A stretch of DNA of 64,000 nt. Source: Catajapyx aquilonaris. Taxonomy: Eukaryota. The notes under the pieces were generated by a model. That model saw only the letters and a program-made list of their open reading frames with translations. It did no database searches and was not told where the DNA came from. Each line of letters starts with the position of its first letter. Position 1 is the stretch's first letter. Positions 51,791 to 62,049 of this stretch are shown piece after piece. The stretch covers positions 62,001 to 126,000 of the forward strand of contig KZ538015.1 of the NCBI GenBank assembly GCA_000934665.2, read 5' to 3'. The translations under genes and the position numbers were made by a program.

Positions 51791-53662
51791 ATGTCTCAGC
51801 AGTCCAGCATGAAACACACACGGTCCAGCTGCAGCAGTCCAACGTTGTTGCCCACACTCTTTATTGTCAGTATAGCTCATCATCCGTACGTGTGTACGGC
51901 GGACAAGTATCTACGTCGCAACATGTAAGTCGTTTGGACGTGTCAGTATTGATCAGTTTGCTCAAGCTGCCCCACTTTCAGTTTCAGCCAGGATGTGTGT
52001 GGGGGACTGATAAGTGACGGTACATTGTTCCCTGCTGTACTGAATGTACCGCACGATCTTTCTGGGGTCGTGCTGGAGCTGGATCACGACACGTCCAGGC
52101 AGCACTATGACACCAAATGCAAGTTCGAAGTACATGCACCTAGACACTATTACGTTGTACCCATCGCAGACTTCTTCTCGTCACGTAAGGACGACGAGAG
52201 CGGAAGGTGCCTTGATTACATTCAGGTACTTTCTATACATACATACACAGCAGAGTTAGCACTTGGTATGAGCTTGTTCAACCTAATTGCGCGCACACAG
52301 TCACGTAACCCGTGCCATTTGTTCCTTCTTTATATATGGAGTGATTCACTGACTCGAAGTGTAAACCAATAAACATTATTTTTGGCCCAGATTGGAAATA
52401 TCCTACGAGTTAGATGACCCGACGTACATGGACGTAAGCAGGGTCATCTACTCAGCAGGATACTCCGAAAGTTTCTTGGTCGAATTATTAATATAGTGCT
52501 ATTAACTCGCCAATGTACAGAAGGTGTGCCATTGTTGAAATTTAATTTCTTACAAACAATGAGAAGAATGGGTCTACGGAAGATGTACCATTATAAGAAT
52601 GACAATTAGGGTAGAAAGGAGAGCTTACAGTTAGTGTAATGGGTGTTTTTATTTGGACAGTTTTTGTACAGCGGCTTGGGAGGGATCTCCCTTGATGTTC
52701 AGACATTGTGTGGCAGCTGGAGCTGGAACTACTCTGGAACCATACACGTGAGGCCTGGAGAACTAGACCTGACAAGTTACAGCAACCACTTGAAGAAGTT
52801 CTGGAGGTCAAAGGCTGTGCTGCAGGTCATCTTCAGGATAGGACCGAAACTGGAAGGTATATTTTCTGAGGAAACAAGCATAGCCTTCAGGATAGTCCTC
52901 ATTGTTTATAAAGGTAGTGTGTACTGGTTTTGTGTATTGTTGTGTTGACAAAACACACACCTCTCACTCATTATTTGTATATAGCATGTGTAGGTACCAG
53001 CCCCAAAAATGTGCCATGGCGGTCGTGCTCAGGAAGCGACTACCTCAATTGCATCGCCAACAATGTAAGATGCCCCAGCAACAATGCCACCTGTGGGTCC
53101 AAGGAAGGCGGTGGATGCACCCAAGCACCCATCGACAGTAAGTGAAACACACTTTGCCAATCGTGTAATCATACAGCCAGTAGGCTACATGCTTTTGATT
53201 ACAGGCAATCCAGTACAAGCACACAAAATAGCCAGCAAGTCTTCAGCAGTGCTCTTTCCCCTTCTGCTGTCAGGTGGAATAGCCATTGTGATTGCCATCG
53301 GATCAATTGCCCTTATCAGATGGCACAGGAAGTGCTGCTGGGACCCAAACCCTAGGATCAGGGCACAACTCAGGGCTCTCAGGGCCAACAGAAGGGCTCG
53401 ACACAACAGGCAGACCCAGATTGTACAGCCACAACCACAAACACAAATCGTCGTTCCATTCAGGGATGTTACTCGTCCCATTTTGAATGAAGAGAGGTTG
53501 CCCATTCCTTCATGTCCAGCACATGAAGAGATGATGTTGCCCATTCCTTCGTGTCCAGCATATGAAGAGGAGGAACCACCGCCGTCCTATGATCAAGCCT
53601 GTCAGCCTCCACCGCCCTACCACTCCCTATATCCAGGTGTCATTGCCCAAACTAGCATATAA
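51791..53662 (+). CDS. Uncharacterised type I membrane protein: divergent CUB-like domain, Cys-rich (LDLa-like) module, TM helix, cytoplasmic PPxY motifs
   Basis: Exons 51791-51924, 51982-52225, 52661-52913, 52985-53137 and 53205-53662 are phase-consistent. The joined sequence CLDYIQ|FLYSG...TLCG is CUB-like, followed by a six-Cys module (C...SCSG...NCIANNVRCPSNNATC...C), the TM helix AVLFPLLLSGGIAIVIAIGSIALI, and tail motifs PPSY and PPPY. The start codon is uncertain (51791 or 51809). Confidence 0.72.
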
Positions 53663-55895
53663 ATTAATTATTGCCTCTGCATCAAGTGTAATACGTGCCA
53701 TATGTATTTATTTTATACTAATATTGAAATACTGTCTGTGCTCATCATATATAATATGTGAAAGATTAATTAGCTTTGTTTATTATGCCATCCCAGGAAG
53801 GACAGACGATTCATTTTTATTGCCCAGTGAGCATTACAAAAGGCGAGGTATGGAGCTTATAATGTATTCGAGTTGGTTCAGTGTAATCATTAGAATTCCA
53901 AACTGATATTATATATGCAAACGATGCCAATGTCATTTATACTGTGTACATAGCCGATAGTTTACAACTTATGTGAAACCTGTCATGCTTCAAGGGACAA
54001 AAAACAAAATGTTGCTCGTTTTCAATATGATTTTTTATAGCACGTGTGGCCTTGACAAGATAAATATTTTCAGAACAAACCTCCAAAAGTAGTTGGATTT
54101 ATAGAGATGAAGAAGAGCAGATGACAGGCAATGGTTATGTCACGTGATACTGACGTTCAGCATAAACTAATATTCATTGCATAGTGTAGCTTTAAGGCCA
54201 ATTAACAGTGGAGACGCATTTTTAATCAGCGAAAGGCAGCCTGGCTGCTGGTTCCATTTCAGATCAGGCAGTGGGTGTCAAAACTCAAAAGGTGTCAATA
54301 AGTCATAGTCAGCGATTTTTTCGAGAAAAAATATATAATTATGTGAAACCCACATCCAATATTGAACTTTTATGGAGTAATCAGTTTTACGAGATTTAAT
54401 TTAGTTATCGAAATATTAATATTTATTTTAAGGGATAACAAAAGAACATTCACCGGGAAGATGCACTTTTTCCATTCCTTTCAATGAATATAATTATATT
54501 TCTGGAACCGTTCTGAAAACCAATCTGAAATTTTAAACTCGTGCTTTTGAAATAATGCACTGTTATGTAGTACATGCATTTAGGCCTACCTTATTTTAAT
54601 GGTATAGTCACCTTTAAAAAAAATCTCAAATCTTGAATATTTTGGTCAAAATGCTCATATTTCGCAATTTAATACACCACTATGGTAAATGTGACGGTTG
54701 TGCTGATTATATTTTGTGACGTCTTCGTTTTGTTATATACTCGGTGACCCCCTAAAGGTTGAAACCTTTGGTAGCTCCGGGTGTAGTTGAGATACGCGAA
54801 GGGAAAATATGGCAACAATCAAAAACCTGCATATTTCAAAGATTATTTTCTCAAAAACGCGATTTTAAATATTTAATCGTTATTTTTTGTATGACAAAGT
54901 AGCATGAGTTCTATCGTTATAAAATTATAGCAAAATTCCTAAGTATATGTTTGTATTGAGTAAGGTACGAATTTATTTCAGAGAAGTGATTTATTATTAT
55001 TATGCAACAACATGCACATTTCAAAAGATTAACATATCTAGAAAACCCTATTTTTAATTTGCAACGTTTTTTTAAAGAAATATTTCATACAGGAAAGACA
55101 GGTTCTGTGATAAAATAATATCAAAACCTGGTATAGATTCTTTATAAATGAGATACAAATTTAAGAAAAGTGTCGTAGGCCCGATATTTTGCTTTCATTT
55201 TTTAAAAGTGTCTTTCAATATCCTTGTAGTTACTTCTGAATAAGTCATAATAAACTATGACTGTTGAAGTTGCCACCGTCACGTCAGCCAATGACGAAAA
55301 CAAGTCCCGGGCGGCCACAGGGCGGCCCGTCGAGCTGCCTTCTCCGACTGCGACATTGCAATAAGCCACAATGGCACAACCCCACGAATCTGGCAACGCA
55401 CTGCCGTACTCGCCGGTTTTTCATCCGATTTTAATATATTCGCAATTGATGCTAATTATGACACAAGACGGCCTCAAATGTATGATTTAAATTATAACTT
55501 AATAACTATTAAACCGTGGGCAGCCACCTGCTCTTCTATGTATTGGCCACTTTTCAGGCAATCAATGCTGGCGTCTGATTGGGCTCGGGGATTGTGAGAG
55601 CGAAACTTTTCCACGTGTAAACCTTTGAGACAGATTCGCAAACATGGCGGGCCCGGGTGATTCGTTCTATCGTTCCTATTCGTTCTTCGTTTCGATTCCG
55701 TGATGATCGCAGGTGTACGCCTCAGGTGAATGATGGTGAAGCAAGCAGTGCCTTGCGTAATTAAAAAATAAATAAAAAGCTTAGGATGCATTTACGGCAA
55801 CACTTCTTGTTGGCGCGCAAGAGGCCTCCAGGATCAGTATAATATAGCCCAGCTGGATACACCATCCTCCCTCCTTACTTCTAGGAAGGCTTTCC

Positions 55896-56021
55896 CCAAG
55901 GGGTTAACCACTTCGGTACTCCGCGGTGTACACCTACAGTGGTACTCACAGATACTCCTTGGTATTCCTTAAATTTGGTACTCCAGTGTACACTTGACAA
56001 GTCGAGTGGTTAACCCCTTGG
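55896..56021. repeat. Small inverted-repeat element (perfect 17-bp IR); related sequence at ~51296-51370
   Basis: CCAAGGGGTTAACCACT (55896-55912) and AGTGGTTAACCCCTTGG (56005-56021), with internal GGTACT/GTGTACAC motifs. Confidence 0.6.
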
Positions 56022-56233
56022 CTTGCCCAATACAATTCCAGATACGCACCGATATCCTCGGCCAAGAATGATGTTAAATTAATTAAACTCCTACACTCTC
56101 GTCCTATATCCAACCAACGAACCAAAAACAACCGTTTATTTACATCATTCAGCCAAAGAGTTCTGCTATTATTATAATATAATACCTAGAGGAGGTACTC
56201 CCTATCCTTTTCCATTAGACAGGCTGAGGCAGC

Positions 56234-56368
56234 GGCCATCTTGTTGGAGGTAACATTGTTGTTCTAACAGTTGTTTAGCAACTGGGACAACAACCAATAA
56301 TGACAACTGGGCGACAATTAGATCAATAATGTCAGGCGTCCGCCATCTTGTTGGAGGTAATATTGTTG
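56234..56368 (+). repeat. Direct repeat of ~27 bp (GCCATCTTGTTGGAGGTAA[CT]ATTGTTG)
   Basis: Copies at ~56235 and ~56342. Confidence 0.7.
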
Positions 56369-58079
56369 CCTGCATTGTTGCCTGCCTCACATTTCAGGGC
56401 GAGTACCTCCTCTAGGTGTATATATAATATAGCAGAACTCTTTGCATTCAGCATGTCTACCAGCACGTTGTCACGGCAGCTCTCACATTTCCACGGAGAA
56501 TCACCTCCCGTAACAATGGAAGTGAACAGTTTCATCAAAGGAATACTTGTTTACTTTCATTTAATTCATTGTTATTACTTGCAATTTCATAATTCAGTTA
56601 CTCTTGAATTTCCGCACTCTATCGGCATTCGACTCAGCTCATCGCGTAGATCCAGGAAATATACAAAAGCCTGCAAGACTTTTGCGGCGCTAAACTGCAC
56701 CGAAGCCCACGGTATCCCTGATGGTATTATTAGAGCATAGTCTACGGTACATCGCAGAAAATGAAATATTAGTGCCTTATGTAGTGTGATAGCTTTCATC
56801 ACATTATTTACTCAGTATGTATATGGAAAATAAATTCCATATGCAGAATTTGTTTAAATGAAACTCTAAAAGGGTAATAATTCCAGTTAATGACCAAAAT
56901 AATGTTTCCTAAGAGTACAACCAGGGTGCAACATTAAACAAATGTGACTGCATGGCCATTTGTTAAAAACCATGGTGCCGAAATTAATGGGAAAAATAAT
57001 TTGTTTTTTATCCTAAAGTCCACTCTGGAAAATCATCCAAAAAGGGACTAATATTCGTGAGGGAGGTTGGTTAGACTTCTCATTGTCGCAATTAAAGTGA
57101 ATGCACATTGCAACTGTTTAACTGAACCAAAATCAAAATCAGTAACCTTCATCCGCCCCATTATTGTATTTAAGACAGTAAAACAATTAAAGTTCCATAG
57201 CGATTATTTTTATTTTCATTATTACTTTTTGAAACTCTGATGATCAAAAATGGTTTGAAAGCGATGTGCTAATATGTTTGGATTTCACATTGTTTCCAAG
57301 TGTAGGCTTGCTTAATTCCGGTACCGGTACCAAAATGATTTCATAATGATAGAGGTGAAGCCAGGGATGCATTTCGCTACCATATTAATGAATCATACTG
57401 AATTAATATTATTACATAACCTCAATGATTAGAGCGAAGATGAATCGACTCTTCTCCATTGTACTTCCGGTTTGATTTCATGGTAGTCAGGAGAAACTAT
57501 TTCCACTTTCCTCCTCAGTTATCAAATCAAAGAGGAACACTGCTTACGCCTCTCGACTTTGGTGAAGGTCATTATGTAAACAACCCTGGCTTATCTCGGC
57601 ATAAAAATGAAGTGAACTTCCTCATCATTCGACCCATGACACCTCCAGTCAGCCACGCCAATACTCACTTAAAGAGCAAGGGAAGTTCAAAGGGCATGAA
57701 ATTTCCTAACCAGAGCACACGTGATCGACGTTCTGCTTCAGGTGAAGGGAAGAAATGCCTGTCCTTCTGCACACTGGCAGAGAAGTCAATACATGAATGT
57801 TGCACCCTCTCAGGAAATCCTTCTCTGGTGACATGGAGTTACAACTGGAATTATTACAATTCGAGCTCATTTATTTTCTCTCTCTTCCTTCCTTGTAATA
57901 TTCTGAGAAAATTTGTGGGGCGGGATCAAGCCACGAACATCTCTGTCGATAAGGAGGCCTCGCCCTCTGCCCACAAAGGTTATATCTGAGGTCACCAATG
58001 TCACTATTTAAGCAGTACGCCCTTCAGGATTGAGGAGAAAGGAGTCAGTCTGATTAAGTCAAGTGCAGCATCCTCCGAG

Positions 58080-60322
58080 ATGATGGCCAACATCAGCAGT
58101 TTTGGTCTCTATTTGTTGGCCACCCTTCTGTTCCTGTCAGCCTGGGTCAATCATTCCCTGGCCCTCACAAACAATGCAGCTGAAAACATTCCCCGTGGTG
58201 TCCATCCAAAGGAACCCAGTCAGATAGACCGACTGGAACTGACCATACAAACAATGATGAGCGTAATGGAGGATGGATTTGCTCGAACAGGTAATAAGGG
58301 ACCGATGGATATTCATCAAGTCTCGTTAGAGTCCGTTAAAAATATGCTCTTGTTTTTTTTCATTCTGCAGCACGAGAAGTGGGAGACATCAAGGGGGGAG
58401 TGGCATCACTGGAAGAGGAAATTACAGCATTAAAGGAAGGAATGAAATCATCATTAGAAGAGAGATTGAAATCATTAGAAGTGGGGATGAAATCATTAGA
58501 AGAGGGATTGAAATCATCATTAGAAGAGAAATTGAGGTAAGTGAGCAACCCCGCGTGTCAACCCAACTGCTTTTATTGCCACCAATAGTCAAGTGTAAAA
58601 TAATCGGGATGATGTCATATTATACTCATCCTTTCCGGCAGACATCACACATGTCAGATTATGAAGCTACGAGTGTTCGAAAAAGCAGTGAGGAATTATT
58701 AAAGGTGGTTTAATATTGAATATTGACCATATGCAATTTATTCCAGCCATGAAGTGGGCACAATCACCTCATCGTTGACGGATATTAAGAACCACGTAAT
58801 TCCTCCATCTAATTGCTATGACGTCCAGAAGCGAGGACACAGCTCTTCTGGCTTGTATTCTGTGACCATCTCTGAAAAAATGGTCAAGGTGAGGCTCATG
58901 CAGAAAGGTCGAATTCACTCTGAATTATTGCGGGCTACATCATGTGGAATTAACAGAATATATTTTATGTCACCAACTCATGTCGTCTCGTCCTCAGGTG
59001 TATTGCGACATGGCCACGGACGGAGGAGGGTGGACTGTCATACAAAGAAGGGACGAGATCGAGCCTCACGTGGATTTCCATAGGGGATGGTCAGATTACA
59101 AGAGAGGGTTTGGTGATCTGGAAGGGGAGTTCTGGCTGGGTGAGTTGCACTCTTATCACTTGTTGTCACCATCACAGCACGATCTTAACGGACCAGAATT
59201 CAAAGTGGTGACGTGCCGTGGTTATTCACCAGATATCAATATCTGCACTGATGCCTGGTTGCACCAACACAGTTACCGGTCCGATAGCTCCTAACGGACC
59301 GATAGCACATGTTAAAAGGTCTACCTATCTGTCCATTAGGAGCTATCGGACCGGTAAATTTGTTGGTGCAACCTTTGGAACAAATTCTTCCGCGACTAGT
59401 TCCTAGTTCCTGTTGAACCTGGTAGGGCATAGGGTAAAAGGTTACACACCACTGGACTGTTATCTGCAGCACTGGCACGCTTATACAGAGGAAACGACGA
59501 TCATTGGCAAAAACAGTAAGGTACAATGTCATCGCTGACTGGTGTTCGTTGCTCCTCTTCAAGCAGTAGTTCAGGGCTGACCATTCTTAATAATTTCTCG
59601 TCTTTTATATTACGCTACGTACTTATCAGTATTACACTATTTCGTCGTGCTGCAACTGATTTTGTCTAAAGACATGAGTTCCATTTGACCATTTCACACG
59701 GATAAGCTACACCTCGTCCAATATCATTCGATTGAAGGCCCTTTGACATTTTTTGCCGTAAAAGGTAATTGAATATTTGTAGTTGTGGGAATTACCGTTG
59801 GTGGCGCTAGTTGGTGGCAGGAGACTATAAAAGTATGAATATAATTATCAAATTATGTCCCCTATTCTACCCCTTTACACAGGTCTGGACGCTATCCACG
59901 GACTGACCACTTCCACTCCGATGGTCCTTAGGGTGGAGCTGGAGGATTGGGAGGGGGAGGAGAGGGTCGCCTCGTACAGCACCTTTGGGGTCGGAGGGGA
60001 AGGGGACAAGTACCAGCTGACTGTGGGAGGGTACCAGTGGAAGGATGGGGGACAGAGAGGAAGTGATGTGGTGGACGGTCTGAAATGGCACAATGGGGAT
60101 GCCTTCACCACAAGAGACAGGGACAACGATCGTGATGGCGGACAGAACTGCGCAAAGAGGCACAAGGGTGGCTGGTGGTACAGATATTGCGCCGATTCCA
60201 ATCTGAACGGAGTTTATCTCAAGGGAAAGACAGACCATTCCAGTCTAGGTGTCACCTGGGTCTACTGGAAGGGATCATATTACTCCCTGAGAAGAGCAGC
60301 CATGAAGATCAGACCCAGATGA
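58080..60322 (+). CDS. Secreted fibrinogen-related protein (FReD; tachylectin-5/ficolin-like lectin) with N-terminal coiled coil
   Basis: Exons 58080-58290, 58371-58536, 58747-58888, 58998-59139 and 59883-60322 are in phase. They encode a signal peptide, heptad repeats, and the motifs [45 protein letters not shown] and [20 protein letters not shown]-like TATTTAA lies at ~58005. Confidence 0.93.
59257..59373. mobile_element. Hairpin MITE in the last FReD intron
   Basis: GGTTGCACCAACA-A-TTACCGGTCCGATAGCTCCTAA-GGAC and its reverse complement form ~43-bp arms with few mismatches. Confidence 0.7.
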
Positions 60323-60473
60323 AAAAAAGACCAAGGAATGACTCTTTTTTGCACATGTCACAATCAAATTAATTCAATTCAATCCCAATGTGAGTGATCA
60401 CACACAACATTACTCTCAAATCGGGTTCTCAGCATCTAACACTACCATTATGATTGCTTTATAAAGGTTGAAT

Positions 60474-61072
60474 CAGTGGCGTATCTACCATAGGGGCAGG
60501 TGGGGCGACTGCCCCAGGGCCCCCGAATTTTCCGACGAGTTTTATAAAATTTTGAGGAAACCCACAAATCCATAATAGGCCTAATTCTATAACTTATATT
60601 CTATATTCTATAAGACGTAAGAAAGCGGGTTCGATCCAATCAATTCGGGGTCTTAGCTCGTACTATCTCACTGTCAGACTCTCGCAGTCGCAGTGTCAGT
60701 AATCAGTATGGCACAAAAACAATGAAAATGAGAAATCATTACATTAATAGTTAGCCTATACGTAATCATTACGTATTACCAGTGGCGGATTTAGGGGGGG
60801 GGGGGCAAAAAGGAACAAAAGAAAAAAAAAACGGGTGGAAAACTCGCAAAAACCCTCTAGAACAGTGCAATTTTGCGGTCGTGACTCCAAATTTGGGGTC
60901 GCGAAGAAGGGTTGTGACCTTGAACCGAAAAAAATTTCGCCTGCGGCGGGCCCTGATCGCCCCCCCCCCCCAGAAAAATTCCTGGATCCTCCACTGCTTC
61001 GTATTACTATGGAGGGGGCCCCGCGTACCTTTTTGCCCCAGGGCCCCCAATAAGAGTCTTGATACGCCAGTG
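60474..61072. mobile_element. hAT-type non-autonomous element with 8-bp TSD
   Basis: TIRs CAGTGGCGTATC / GATACGCCAGTG (1 mismatch). An identical GGTTGAAT flanks both ends (60466-60473, 61073-61080). Subterminal GCCCCAGGGCCCCC occurs at both ends. Confidence 0.85.
60780..60996. mobile_element. Second hAT-type MITE nested inside the first
   Basis: TIRs CAGTGGCGGAT / ATCCTCCACTG. CGTATTAC lies immediately left (60772-60779) and again at 61000-61007 after a 3-nt insert. Confidence 0.75.
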
Positions 61073-61383
61073 GGTTGAATCCTATGTCACTGGAGATATG
61101 TCACAGGCCGTGTCTGTTGGTTGGTAATCAATGATCAGCCAATACTTGTGATATTACTGTCAGGAATGGGAAGTCTTCATAGATCCCTGCATAAAGGGCA
61201 CTGTAATATTAATTGCTTCCTGGTTTCAACAAAAATCACTGATTTCCATAGTTTTCATCTGCAACATATTTCCATTGCATAGGGCCTAAGTTGAGTGTTA
61301 CAGGTCGAATTATTCGTTTTTTTACTATGCAATGTGCCATAGCATTTTCATGTTGAAATCCTTCATCGAAATTCTCATATAAA

Positions 61384-61513
61384 GTGCGGAAAACCAAACG
61401 ACGATCTGACATCATCGTTTCTTACATTGTTGCTTCTGTTTACTCATATTGAACTGCGAGGGTATTTCCATGGGAACCTTGATGACGTCAGATCGCCCTT
61501 TCGTTTTCAGCAC
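61384..61513. mobile_element. Small MITE-like inverted repeat
   Basis: GTGCGGAAAACCAAACGACGATCTGACATCATC matches the reverse complement of GATGACGTCAGATCGCCCTTTCGTTTTCAGCAC (33-bp imperfect arms). Confidence 0.6.
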
Positions 61514-62049
61514 TAATAATTGCTCATTAATTTCTTGCTTGATTACTAATTTGTGACGCAATGAATTTTGTGCCAGTCAACATGGGCTTGGACTACCCAA
61601 ATGACTGTTATTATGTGTCTGATAATAAATTAGTGTTTTCAACAGAGTTTAAATCATTGAGATCTACGTAACAATGCCCTGCCTCTAACAGTGCAAATGA
61701 CCTCACAGTTTGTTCATCAGTTTAACGGCCAGTTAACTCGTCATGATGTGATATTATTCGATCGAGTGTGACCAATGTTGTTGGCTTCGCAGTCAAGGTG
61801 ACTGTGAAGATACCAAACTGCGTGGGATGGGAAAGTGCTTCAGGAAAATATTCCACCAGATTGGTACAATCTACCCTTACCATATCGATACAAAGTTACC
61901 TTCACGCGGACTTGTTATTTCAGCGATGCCCAGAGAGGGATAAAATATGTGAGCAGCCATCGAAGCTTCTTGCAGTAAATAGTACAGATGTGCAGCGTCG
62001 AATGTTCTGTGCAAATTACGGACATCATTTCTACTAAAAGTACAGTAGA

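Noticed and set aside
54270..55280. AT-rich block as a defined DNA transposon
   Set aside because: It looks transposon-derived, but I could not pair TIRs or find a TSD.
57459..57989. 176-aa ORF upstream of the lectin gene
   Set aside because: It has a non-ATG start and no homology signal, and it occupies the presumed lectin promoter.
59856..60055. Partial complementarity between the last FReD intron pyrimidine tract and an exonic purine-rich segment
   Set aside because: The match is short and low-complexity, as expected by chance.
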